Source of the DNA: Mobula hypostoma
Lineage: Eukaryota
Assembly: GCF_963921235.1 (NCBI RefSeq)
Contig: NC_086097.1
Location: 215,266,001-215,330,000, forward strand
Direction: 5' to 3'
Length of the DNA: 64,000 nucleotides
Below, piece after piece: positions 27,765 to 40,730 of the stretch. The position numbers were made by a program, and so were the translations under genes. Numbering within the stretch: the first letter of the stretch is position 1; each line of letters begins with the position of its first letter. A model generated the notes under the pieces. It saw only the letters and a list, made by a program, of their open reading frames with translations. It did no database searches and had not been told where the DNA came from.

Positions 27765-30261
27765 GAATCAGAATCAAGTTTAATATCACCACCATATGTT
27801 GTAAAGTTTGTTGTTATGTGGCAGCAGTACATAGCAATACATAATAATAAAAGCTAATTTACAGTAGGAAATTTATTTAAAAAGTTAAATTAAATAAGTA
27901 GTGTGAAAAGAGTGGAAAAAAATCAGTGAGGTAGTATTGATGGGTCCAATGTCCATTTGGAAGTCTGATGGCAGAAGGGAAGAAGCTATTCCTGAATTGT
28001 TGAATGTGTGTCTTTAGGCTCTTGCGTCTCCCCTCTGATGGTAGCAATGAGAAGAGGGTGTGTCGTGGGTGATGGGGGTCCATAATGATGGATGCCGCCT
28101 TTTTGAGGCATTGCTCCTTGAAGATGTCCTGGATTCTGGGGAGGCTAGTGGCCATGATGGAGCTGACTGAGTTCACACCTTTCTGCAGCTTATTTCAAAC
28201 CTGTGCAGTGCCCTCGACCCTATACTGGACAGTGATTCAACCAGTTAGAATGCTCTCCACGTAACATCTGTAGAAATTATCCAGTGTCTTTGGTAATATA
28301 CCAAATCTCCTCAAACTCCTAACAAAATATTGCTGCTTTTGTTCATTCTTTGTAACTGCTTTGATATGTTGGGATAGATCCTCAGAGATTTTAACACCAG
28401 GAACTTGAAATTGATCATTCTTTCCACTTCTGGTCCCTTGATGAGCTCTGGTGTGTGTTCCCTCATCTTACCCTTTCTGAAGTCCACAATTAATTGTTTG
28501 GTCTTACTGAATGTGAGGGTATTGTTGCAACACCACTCAACCGGCTGATCTACCTCACCCCTATATGCCTCATCACCACCACCTGAAATTCTGCTAACAA
28601 TAGTTGTGTCGTCGGCAAATTTATAGATGGCATTTGAGCTGTGCCTAGCCACACAGTCATGGGTGTAGAGAGAGTAGAACAGTGAGCTAAGCACACACCC
28701 CTGAGGTGCATCAGTGTTGATTATCTGTGAGGTGGAGATGTTATTTCAGCTTCTCATGGACTGCGGTATTCTGGTAAGGAAGTCAAGGATCCACTTGCAG
28801 AGGGAGGTATAGAGGCCCAGGTTTTGGAAATTTTCTATCAGAACTGTAGGAATGATTGTGTTAAACACCGAGCTGTAGTCAATAATTAGCACCCTGACAT
28901 AAGTATTTGTATTGTCCAAGGCTGCAAGAAAAGCCAATGAGATCACATCCCGCTGTTGACCTATTGTGACAATAGGCAAATTGCAGTGGGTCCAGACTTT
29001 TGCTTAGGCAGGAGTTGATTCTAGCCATAGGCAATCTCTCAAAGCACTTCATCACCATAGATGTAAGTGCTACTGGATGATACTTATTAAGGCAGCATTG
29101 TCCTGCTCATCTTGGGCACTGTTATGATTGTTGCCATTTTGAAACAGGTCGGAACTTCTGATGAGATATTGACAATATCTTTGAGCACACTTGCCAGTTG
29201 GTTGGCACAGGTTTTCAGAGTCCTACCAGATACACCATCGGGACCTGTTGCCTTATGAGTGTTCACCCTCTTGAAAGACGTTCTGACGTCTGCCTCCAAG
29301 ACAGAGGTCACAGGGTCACTGGATGCTGCAGGTATTCTCATGGCTGTAACTTTATTCTCCCTTTCAAAGCATGTATAAAAGATGTTGAGCTCATCTCAAG
29401 TGAAGAACCACAGTAATTCTTAATGTTAAGCTTTACTTATAGTAGGTAATGGCATGCAAACATTTTGAGAGATGATATATATCCAAATCTGCCTCTAACC
29501 TCAATTGGAACTGTTCTTATGGCTCTTGAGATAGCCCTCTGTAGGTCATACCTGGCATTCTTGTACAGTTTTGGATTACCAGACTTGAATGCCACAGATC
29601 CAGCCCTCAGCAGACTATGAATCTCTTGGTTCATCCACAGTTTTTGATCCAGGGATGTATGGTATGTTCTCATAGACACACACTCATCCACACAGGTTCT
29701 AATGAAGTCAGTGACAACTGTGGTGTATTCAATTGGACTTGAAAATGAATTCCTGAATACTGTTCCATCCACCGACACAAAGCAGTCCTGTAAGCACTCT
29801 TCCACTTTCCTTGTCCATACCTTCTTGGTCCTCATTACTGGTTCTGGGGTCTTCAGTCTCTGCATATCCTCAGGGAATAGAAGTACAGCCAGGTCATCAG
29901 ACTTTCCAAAGTGTGGGCCTGTAATAGCATGGTTCTTGATGGTAGATTACAGAGTCACTATGTGTTGACTCAGCTGGTTCCACAAGTGATATGTTGGTGA
30001 TAATTATTTAGGAACATTTCAAGCTGGACTGGTTGAAATCCCCCAAATTGGTGGGAAAGGTGCATTGCTTCATGCCTGTTGATTATGTCGCTCAGTTCAT
30101 CTAGAGTCTGTTTGGCATGGGCCTGAGGTGGAATATACACCGCTATCAAGATGATGTTTAAAAACTCCTGCAGTAGATAAAATGGACAACACTTGACTGC
30201 TAGATGTTCCAGGCTGGGTGAGCAGGACTGGGACAGAAACATCACGTTTGTGCACCACATG
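27765..30261 (-). mobile_element. Degenerate Rex1/Babar LINE (APE-RT)
   Basis: ORF pieces [32 protein letters not shown]; (ctgatt)n tail near 27765. Confidence 0.85.
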
Positions 30262-30528
30262 TTCATGCAATAATCCTAATGCATGCAGCATGGACTCTGG
30301 TTCTTTATACTCACAAAAGCCAAGTGCTTGAACCTACCTAAAGCTCCGTGAACATTTTGCAAGTAATTGCCTGATTAACATATCAGAAGCTTTCTCAAAT
30401 ATGTTGCCTACAAAAACCGTTGTAATTGGACCACTGCTTTCATCACTTTCATGATCCCTCTGAGCAGCATTGTCCTTCCTTGATCCAAAATGCTTTCTAA
30501 CCAAAAGCATAGAGGTTGGCATCAGCAC
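30262..30528 (-). pseudogene. RBM25: Intronless RBM25 fragment (RRM region) within a Gypsy element
   Basis: VLMPTSMLLVRKHFGSRKD...SGPITTVFVGNIFEKASDMLIRQLLAKC...QALGFCEYKEPESMLHALGLLHE matches the RBM25 N-terminal RRM as recalled (TTVFVGNISEKASDMLIRQLLAKC...AFGFCEYKEPESTLRALRLLH). Confidence 0.9.
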
Positions 30529-33127
30529 CTGTTAGCCCTCTGTTGGGCAACGCTTCATGGTGTACAGCATGGAGACAGTTGTGGCATCATCCAGCACCTT
30601 TCCTAATCACTTTCAGTTGACTCTATTGCAGGGGATGTGGCATGCAAATTGAGGATGGATCTCCAATCAAATTGCAGTTGTCTCAGCCAATCATGGCCCC
30701 ACAATGCTGGCTGTCCTGTTTTTAACCACATACAAGTCCAATGTGGCTTGTTGTTTGTTGTATTTCACAGTTACATATGTCATTCCCACAGAAATGATCT
30801 TTTTTCCCCAGTATAAGCTCTTAGTTGGACATTTGAAGGCTTCAGTTTAGTATCTTTGAAATGGCACTTCAAACTCATTTTGTGGAATGACTGAAACAGC
30901 CGAGCCAGTGTCAAATTCTATTTTAATTAATTTGCCATTCACTTCTGGTGTAAGCATATTGCTTGACTATTGTTAGTTTTCATGTTGTAAACATAAGGCT
31001 ACACAGTCCTGAGTCACTCTCATCATTATCAGATTTTTCATTAACAACATGCAGATCAGTGCTCATTCTGAAACTGCAACTTGATTTTTTATCTTGTGCT
31101 TGTGCAGTCCATTTATTTTTATTTGCCCAACTCACTCTTTGTATGTGTCCTATTTTGTTACATTTTCTGTGTTTTGCCTTTACACCTGCATTATTCTGGT
31201 ATATGTGAGCTCCTGCCACAATGATACAGGTGTCCCCCGCTTTTCGAACGTTCGCTTTACGAAACCTCACTGTTACAAAAGACCTACATTAGTACCCTGT
31301 TTTCGCTTTCAAAGGTGTTTTCACTGTTACGAAAAAAAATCAGAGTGCGATAAAAGGCAGCGTGCGCCCTGAGCAGCTGCTCTCCCCCAGATTCGGAACT
31401 GCATTCTCGCCAGCATTGCTTAAACACATGCCTGTGAGCAGCCATTTGCAAGATGAGTTCTAAGGTATTGGAAAAGCCTAAAAGAGCTCGTAAGGGTGTT
31501 ACACTTAGCGTAAAACTAGACATAATTAGGCGTTTCGATTGTGGTGAACGAAGTAAGGACTAAGTGAGCTAAGTGAGTTTGGCTTGTGGAAGCTGACGAA
31601 CATGATGTTGAAGAGGTTTTGGCATCCCATGACCAAGAACTGATAGATGAAGAGCTGATGCAATTGGAAGAGGAAAGGATAACAATTGAAATGGAATACA
31701 GTAGCGAACGGACCGAAAGTGAAGTCATCCAGGAACTGAATGCGAAGCAACTACGTGAGGTTTTCGCTGCAATGATAAAGTACGACTTTAATTTTGAAAG
31801 GGTACGTAGGTTTAGGGGATATTTGCAGGATGGTTTGAGTCCTTACAAAGAACTGTATGATAGAAAAATGCGCGAGGCTCAGCAGTCAAGCAAGCATTCC
31901 GCATCAGCCACAGCAGACGACGAACCTCGACCTTTGACATCGAGGCAGGCAGTCATAGAAGAAGATGAGCTGCCTGCTCTAATGGAAACAGACGACGAGA
32001 TGGCACCCCAGTGTCCCACCACCCCGCAATTCGCGGAGAATGCAGCGGTAGCCGGGAGGCACACAGCACATCTTTAAGAAAAAAGCCGAAATAAACATGC
32101 TAATTAATTAGGTGCCACCCGACACGTAATTAATTAGCATGTTTATTTCGGCTTTTTTCTTAAAGATGTGCTGTATGCCTCCTGGCTACCGCTGTACCCC
32201 TGCATGCTTCACAGTTCGGTATCTGTCGGCGGCCTGGCGGGTGGGGCCACTGCACCACCCAATCTGCAACGACTCAGTCTAACACACCACCATCAGTGTG
32301 CTCGGTGCTGAACCAATTCCGGTAAGTGATACTACACTGTACATACATTATTTCTACTTTATATAGGCTGTGTTATTGGGTATGATTTGGCAGCTTCATA
32401 GCTTAAAGGTTACTGGAGAGCCCTTGCGTTGTGTTTTTGCCAACAGCGCTTGCGTGAGATTTTCTGCAGATGGCGCTTGCGCGAGATTTTCACTACAGAG
32501 AACAGTGTAGTAATGATTGTGGAAAAGTATTTCTACTTTATATAGGCTGTGTATTTATCATATCATTACTGCTTTTACTATATGTTACTGTTATTTTAGG
32601 TTTTATGTGTTATTTGGCATGATTTGGTAGGTTATTTTTGGGTCTGCAAACGGTCACAAATTTTTCCCATATAAATAAATGGTAATTGCTTCTTCGCTTT
32701 ACGACATTTTGGCTTACGAACCTTTTCATAGGAATGCTCTACCTTCGGATGGTGGGGGAAACCTGTAACATAATTTGTTTGGCCAGGCCAGTTTCTGTTT
32801 AGATGCTGCGCTTCAGTTATAAGCTGTTTTTGAATGCTTTCTTGTAAGATTCCATAAGCTAAATGATCTCTCAGTGCATAATTAAGTCAATTACCAAACC
32901 GACAATGCTCAGACAATCTCTTCAATTTAGTTATGTCCCCTTCCTTTTGAAATCTAAAGTGTTCTGCAATCAAGAATGGTTTTGGTTCTTCATGTTCCCA
33001 TATCACTTTCGCGATCTCAGCAAAGCTCATTTCAGCTGGTTTCATTGGAGCAGTTAAAATTTGATGCAAACTTAGTGCTTTTAAGCCCAATGTACTCAGC
33101 AAAACTGATACTTCTTTCTCACTGGCT
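30529..33127 (-). mobile_element. Gypsy LTR retrotransposon gag-protease remnant, split by Tigger
   Basis: gag 32887-33102 (KPAEMSFAEI..HEEPKPFLIAEHFRF), zinc knuckle CNKIGHI (about 31140-31170), protease DTGSAVSVI (about 30885-30915). Confidence 0.85.
31227..32765 (+). mobile_element. Internally deleted Tigger/pogo DNA transposon
   Basis: TIRs caggtgtcccccgc / gtgggggaaacctg with TA TSD; N-terminal HTH MSSKVLEKPKRARKGVTLSVKLDIIRRF joined to the acidic C-terminus (DVEEVLASHDQELIDEEL); DDE core absent. Confidence 0.9.
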
Positions 33128-33654
33128 AGGTGGGAACTTCCAATTGTAGCAATGAGAGATTGAAAACTTCTTTCAACATGCCCACCAGTTGGTTGACCTT
33201 ATGGTTCACCATGTTGATGCTGACCATGGTGCCAATCTAAATAATTCCGTTTGCATATACTGTACATTGTCTGTTTACTTCTTATCCCTGATGATCATGT
33301 GTTTGTCTTAATGTCACTTAAATATTTCTGGTTCTACCATCACCCCACAGTGCTTGCACATTCCTACCATTCTCAGTGGAAAAAAATTGCCTCATAAATC
33401 TCCTTTAAACTTTCCCCTCTCATATCATATTTATGCCTTCTTGGATTTAGCATTTGATTCTGACAATCCACCCTATCTATGCCTCTCATAATTTTGTATA
33501 CTTCTACTAGGTTACTTCTCAGCTACTGGTCCACTGAAAACATTCAAGTCTGTCCAACTTCTCATTATAATTCATACTCTCCAGTCCAGACAACATCCTG
33601 GTGAATCTCTTCTGTACCCTCTTCAAAACCCCCACACCACTGTTGACCTCACCC

Positions 33655-34430
33655 TTGACATTGCCGATAACACCACCGTTGTTGACAGAATATCATATGG
33701 CAACAAGGAGGCATACAGGAGTGAGATAAATCGGCTGGTTGAGAGGGAATTTAGGAGAACACACACCAGTCCTCAGTGAGGGGTCAGCAGTGGAAAGAGA
33801 AGTGGAGCATCAAGTTCCTGGGTGTCAATATCTTAGAGGATCTAACTTGGACCCAACATATTAATACAATCATGAAGAAGGTACACTAAAGGCTATACTT
33901 CATTGGGATTTTCAGGAGATTTGGTATGTCACCAAAAACTCTAAAAAATGTCTACAGATGTACTGTGGAGAGCATTCTGACTGGCTGTATCACGATCTAA
34001 TATGGAGACTCCAACGTGAGGTCAAAAGAGCCTGCAGGAAGTTGTAGAGTCAGCCAGGTCCATTATGGGCACAAGCCTTCCCACCATCAAGAATATCTTC
34101 AAAAGGCAGTGCCCCAAGCAGGCAGCATCTATCATTAAGGACCCTCACCATCTGGGACATGTCCTCTGCTCCTTACTGCCATCAGTGAGAAGGTACAACA
34201 GTCTGAAGACCCGTACTAAACATTGTAGGAACAGATGCTTCCCCTCCAGCATCACATATCTGAACGGTCCAAGAACCCATGAACCACCTCACTATTCCTC
34301 TTTTGCATTATTTATTTATTTGTTTGCTTGTTTTATTGTAACAAAGTAAATTTTATTCTTTGCACTGCACTGATGCCACAAAGCAACAAATTTGAAAACA
34401 TGTCAGTGATAATAAGCCTGATTCTGATCC
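33655..34430 (+). mobile_element. Rex1/Babar 3' fragment
   Basis: FADNTTVV..., AASIIKDPHHLGH; aataag...ctgattctga tail. Confidence 0.75.
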
Positions 34431-36109
34431 TCCCTGCAATGCAGTGACCAGAATACTCCAAAATGTGATCTATCCAATGTCTGTATAGTTGTGGTATGAC
34501 TTCTCAACTTTTATTCTCTGTGCCACAAACAATGAAGCAAGCAACTTTCTTTACCACCTTATTCGCTTGTTTTGCCATTTTCGGGAAGTTATGGATTTAC
34601 TCCACTCCCTGAATATCTCATGGTTAAGGAAGTTCTTCTGCACATGTTTTTCTGTGAGGGGCAGTTGGGACAGTTCACCACAGTTGAAAGGAATGGTCTG
34701 CAACGATGCTGCAGCACCATGGACAGCGAGAACCTCAGTGTGTAATGGCATTTGCTGTTTGTCTAACCAGGTTCTATGTGTAGCTCAATGCAGCCATAAA
34801 GAAAGATAGTCATCGGAATGACAAAGGGTATCTCTCTCTTCCTTCTTCGATTGACTATTGCAACACTGGGATGGAAGATGAGACACACTTTTTCTGCTCC
34901 TACCCCACATTCCCAACTTCTGCTTTACCCTGGATGTCCGTTACAGCCTGAAGGATAATAATTAAAGGGACCAGTTGCCAAAGAATTCAACTTTGCTTTT
35001 ACTGTGATCAGTCCTTGCACTCGAGGCATGCAGATGGACAGTGGATCCAAGAAGAAGATGATGTGATGACTTTGTCTGCTTGCTGGGATCATCCCCCTTT
35101 TTTGCCTGACCCTTCCTGATAGATTTGGCAAGCAGTTGACGTAAACTAACAAGACAGAGGAGAGAGGGGGAGCATTGTTTGACTGCAGATTTGATCAGAA
35201 AACTTACCATTTTCCACACATGGGTTTAAACTGATGTTCATGTTAACAGTCAAATCCAATTGCAGATTTCCTCCCAAACCCCATGGAAAACAAGTCCAAC
35301 ATGTGCTTCTCCCAGTCCTAGTTTTTCGAGCCCACCCACTGTCCTGTATCCAGGGCACCTTGTCCTTGGGTAGCACATGGATAACTGACCTTGGCCTGTT
35401 ACGCCTGATCTGAGCGAAGTAAAACCCCAGAATAGAGCTGATTAAATTGACGATGACCTTGTACAGGATAGTCTGCTTTACAATGCTTCACCGATCTCTG
35501 ATCTTTCTTCCTGTCCTCTTGTTAATGCCCACCTCATCACCTCATGGAGGCTACCAGATAGACACACCACCCTCCACATTTCAATTGGCAGGAGTCTCAC
35601 AGAGCAAATAAAACTCCAATAATCCGTTATCCAACTGTTTGGAAATATTTACTCAGAGAGACAAATGTCCAAAGTCCAGAATGTGAGCTGGTTGTGTGGT
35701 CATGCCCATGCCCAACTGTGAGCTGGGTGTGTGGCTGGGGCCAATATCAGGAATATTAGTGGTCAGGAAATTTAGTTTATGGCTGGAGTGAGGTCCAGAA
35801 TGATTTCATTTGTTGTGACAAGCTGAAAAAAAAATCAAGATGACACATACTTGTTTATCTTTTGCATTTTGTGTAAGTTTGCTGGACATCAATTTCTGGT
35901 TCTTTTAAATTCACCAGCTTCATTGGAAAATTTATAATACTACCATGTAACATGTGGAGAAAAAAAGGGAAATATAGGAGGTGGGTTAGTAAGTGTTAAC
36001 ATCGAATAGTCTGGAAAATCTGCCAGCCTTTGAGGTCCCAGATTATTGGAATTTTACTGTACAATTGGATTTCAGTTATGTATGTTTTGTAGCAGCATAT
36101 CCTATTATT

Positions 36110-37560
36110 GAATGTAGTACAGGGCCTGCACCTACAGGCTCTTCAGCTCACAATGATGGGTTACTTTTTAACTTACTCTAACTTCAACCTAACCTTTCTC
36201 TCCTCAATTTTTCTAGCATCAATGTGCCTATCTAAGAGTTTTTAAATGTCCCTAATATATCTGCATCTAGCATCAACCCCTGGCAGGGCATTCTATGCAT
36301 TGAGCACTCTCAGTGTAAAAAACTTACCTACAACTACCTTAAAACTATGCTCCCTGCTATTCGACATTTCTCAAATCTCAAAATCCATTATTTAATTCTC
36401 TGATTCCTTTTTTTGCAGCCTCTGGTTTAATCCTCAGGTTGCCATTGTGATGTGGGAGTTGAGATCAATTTAAATCTAGAAGTAAAATGCCAACGGCTGA
36501 CTTTAAGCACCACTGGCTAAACTGACTTCTGAGCTTCCTGAACAATATTGGGCTACATGCTTTCAACCAACCCCGCATTTAATAGAGTCAGAGAGTTATA
36601 CAAGACTGCAGCACAGAAGCAGGCCAATTCAGCCCATCTAGTCAATGCTGAGCTATAATCCACTTCTGCAGGCAGCTCGTTCCACCCTCTCATCACTCTC
36701 AGAGTGAAGAGATTTCCCCCTCATGTTCCCCTTAAACATTTCACCTTTCACCCTCAACTGTTAATCTCTAGTTTTAGTCCCACCCACCCTGCCACAGTTG
36801 ATAAAGCCAAGTTGCATTTTCCCTATCTATACTCCTCATTCTTTATCTCTAGCAAATTTCCCCTCATTCTCCTACGCTCCAAGGAATAAAGTTCTAACCT
36901 ATTAACTCAAGTCCTCAAGTTCTGGCACTATCCCTGTAAATTTTCTCTGTATTCTTTCAATCTTATTGATAGTTTTCCTGCAGGTACTTAGTTAGAACAG
37001 CCACAATACTCTACATTAGGCCTCACCAACATCTTATAGAATTTCAGCATCACATCCCAAATACTGGCTTCATTGCTTCCAGAAGAATAGTCAAAGCAGA
37101 AAGTCATCTTAAGAGAAACAAAATGATGAAAAGCTACACAGAGGTTGGTGCAATGTTAAGATGACTCAAGCCACTGCAAAAAAACAGGGAAAAAATTTCC
37201 CCTGGGGCGTCCAGGTCAAAGAGCTGGAGCAATTCTCAGCGGCATTTGGGATTTAGAGTCATAGAGTCAGAGAGTCATAGAACACTTAAGCACAGAAACA
37301 GGCCCTTTGGCTCATCTAGTCTGTACTGAACTGTTATTCTGCCTAGATCTATCGACCTGCACCTGGAACATAGCCTGCCATCCTCCTCTCATCCATGTAC
37401 CGATCCAAGTAACGTTGAAATCAAACCAGCATCCTCTACTGCGTCTGCCAACTCATTTCACTCTCTCACCACCCTCTGAGTGAAGAAGATTCCCCCTCAT
37501 GTTCCCCTTAAACTCTTCACCTTTCACCCTTAACACATGAGTTCTAGTTCTAGATTTAGC
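36110..37560 (-). mobile_element. Several short CR1 3' fragments
   Basis: Similar to the CR1 3' ends at 9700-10270 and 61745-62300. Confidence 0.65.
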
Positions 37561-39859
37561 CCCAGTTCAAATGTTTCCATTGCCTGATGGAACCTCGCGT
37601 GCAGGTTAATGCTACAGCTATTTCTATGTAGCAGTTGTCAAACTTCAGCACTGCATATTGCAGCAGTGCTCAAGTTGCTTTTGATCAAAGTCATGCAGAG
37701 TTCTGAGCTATAGAAGCTGAGTGTGAACGGCAAATTGTGCAAATCTTTCAATCTATACCCCCCATCCAAAATGTTGAAGAAAATAAGGTGATTAAAAAAT
37801 CCTATTGTAATAGCCAGAAACCTGCCTCTATAATGCATAGCCAGGAAGCCGCAGTTATATATAAAATATAAGGAACCATGTGCCCAACATTGCTGATTTT
37901 AATCACTGGCAGGCGAGGCATTTAAATCAGACATGCAAAGCAACTTAATTCATAATTTGCTCAATTCCTCATGTAGCCACTGAAAGAAATGCCCACCAGC
38001 TCAGTAACTTCAGTACAATGTAAATTTTGTAGATTTGCTATAAGCATCCTGTAGATATCCACTAATGTTTAAGAAAGTGCTCATGGACAGGCATTCTTGT
38101 CTGGTTAACAATAACCAGAGGGTTGTTTTATACATCCATAAAGATGCCACGATCTGTGCAGTGCACAGAAGATTCAGCAGATTGTTAAAATGAAAAGGTT
38201 TAATAAAAAATTCTACCGAACTCACTGCAGAAAATTAGAATTGTGATGAATCCTTCATAATGATTACCTTCTATGTATCTGAAGAGGCATTAAGACCTTC
38301 TATAGCTGAAATTAAAATAATTAAGTCTTCAAGCTTAATGGTCCAACCTTTGCAGGCATCTCTCGGTAAAATAGGTGATGGAAAACAGAAAAGGATCAAC
38401 TTAAATCCCAGTGGCTTTTCTTACAACTTTACTGAATTGGTAAATAAATTAATTCCTTTCATACAATAATCTTTGGTTTTGTAGAAATCATCCATGACAT
38501 TTCAATCGATTCTAGATGGGATTTGTACTGCTAAAGGAAATTGGTTAGAAACTCACACATTTATTTGAAGAAGCGCAATCTGTTCATTGTGCTGGATGAT
38601 TGCCTTTTATTTTGTATAGGTACAAAAAGATAAAAAGAAATCAGGTTTATATTTAGATATATCATATTACAATTGGATGTCCATAACTGTCAGGTTGGTC
38701 ACTGAAGAGAAAAGTAAGATCACCTTAGACTGACCTTGATAGAACGTGACTTGTGCCAACATCCGACACCTTTATAAATTCTTAAATATTTGCATTTTAT
38801 GGTCTTTAATATATGCCTGATTAAATCATAATTCTGTTCCCAACTTAGCAACAGCTACCATTGTGACTGAAATCAGAGATATTTTTATTGTATGCCATGT
38901 TAGCGCACAAACTTCAAAAGCTTATGTTGCACTGAGCCAAAATAATGTCCAAATCAATATGGAACCAGTAGAAACTGTGATGTGGGCAATGACAGGAAAG
39001 GAACATCCATTAACCTAGAAATTATCTGATTTGAAAAATTAACTATGTGATACAATGCCTCAGTTTACATGATTTACATATTTAATTCATTCTTTAAAGA
39101 GCTACTGTTCAAGTATGTCAAGGAGCACATCTTTGATCAAATTGTGAGCTAAATTGGTTTGAAAATAAATCTCTAATTGCATTGGATAACTTACATTTTA
39201 ACACAGTAAAATATAAATTGGATGGATCTACTTTGTCATTCCCTGTAAATTAACCTCTAGGAACCACTTGGCTTTCTCACACACTATTCTCAGGCTTTTC
39301 GGCCTACACCTAGGAACAATCATCTTGCAGAATTATTTTGATAAAATGAGCATAGGGAAAAAGATTCACCAACATGCACAGGTGAAATAAAACTGAGCTA
39401 GGCACTGTTGTATTCGTCAGTGTAAAGATATATTAGTTCCATAACTGTGACAATATCTCATCCTAATTGTACATAGGCAGAGCACCATTGACAAAATTGC
39501 ACTGAGCTTTTGTTTGGTTTGCGCAGCAGGTGTACGATTTTCACGATGGGACTGAATTTTAACAAGATTGCTGTGTCACTGCCTCAGGGCACACAACTTC
39601 AAGCTTGCTGACTGAAGTTTGAGCATTCTCTAAGGAGCAACTGCCACCCTGCAAAAGGTTCCTGGAAGTGCTAATGAATTCTACATCAGCCTTCAAACAC
39701 TTCCTTGTGGTGCAAGTGATTGGTCTTTCCAAAGCAACACAGAGGACATCCTGTTCACTTTTTAAAACCTGACCATGTACTGAACATTTAATGCTAGCTG
39801 TGGTAAATTGATAGATATCGTCATAGTTTGACTGCTCTCACTGCAAAAAGGATACGTTG

Positions 39860-40730
39860 TTTCTGCAGGTTGCTCAGGATTGGAAAATGGACGTGGACCT
39901 GGAAAAAAAGCTTGCGTTTCCCCCAGATATTGCGGCTACAACACTCCGGCCAGACATGGCCCTGTGGTTCACAACAGCCAAGCTGTCATATGTTGTGGAA
40001 TTGACAGTACCATGGTGATGCACTATCAATTACTCCAAAAAACTGGAAGTAGAGTAAATACTGAAAGGCTTTTATTAACAGTAAATGGACCAACGTCCCT
40101 GCTGAGTATCTTCCCTGGACTGAGGGAGGAGCAGTGGCACAATCGCCTTTATTCAGGGGTCTGTGGGAGGAGCCACAGGAGCAGTCAGCAAAGGGGCGTG
40201 TCCAGGCATGTCCAGACAGGTAACCCAGTTACAACATATATATATGGTTTACCACACATGGGAAGATGGTGTCGAAGAAGCTTATGAGAGGAAAAAGACC
40301 AAGCACTCTGAACTGACAACTGAAGCTGCCCAGAATAGTTGGAAGACCGAGATTCTCCCTGTAGAAGTGGGATGCAGGGAATTCGTTGCTACATCTACGA
40401 CCAGTCTATAGAAGAAGATGGGGGTGAAGGGTGACCTCCTCCAACAAGCAATCAAGTCCTTGTCAAACGCAGCAGAAGAAAGCAGCAATTGGATTTGGAT
40501 TGAAAGGAAAGACAACAACTGGGCTGCAAGATGAAGACAGGAGGGTATGGAACTGAGGGGGGTGTATCTGGGACGCCAGGTAGCACCGTTGAGTCCTCTG
40601 GAGACGTCGTGGGCTTATCAATGAAACGTCAAAGAAAGAGGGTGCCCACCGGATGACCCCGATGACGTACCTACCCTCCCTCCTTGTCACCACTCCAAGC
40701 CCACTGCCAACTGCAAGACTGCCGTAGGGA
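39860..40730 (+). mobile_element. HERO-type RLE non-LTR retrotransposon 3' end
   Basis: DWKMDVDLEKKLAFPPDIAATTLRPDMALW...VELTVPW|EDGVEEAYERKK...PVEVGCR: PD-(D/E)xK endonuclease. Confidence 0.85.
40015..40256 (-). mobile_element. Probable solo LTR inserted in HERO
   Basis: Interrupts ELTVPW/ED; catg duplicated at 40011-40014 and 40257-40260; ends in accaca. Confidence 0.6.

Noticed and set aside
30262..30528. Functional RBM25 gene exons
   Set aside because: Intronless, partial, carrying deletions or frameshifts, and embedded in Gypsy sequence.
31586..32077. 163-aa acidic ORF as a domesticated TIGD gene
   Set aside because: It lies between intact TIRs with a TA TSD and lacks the DDE domain: a deleted transposon.
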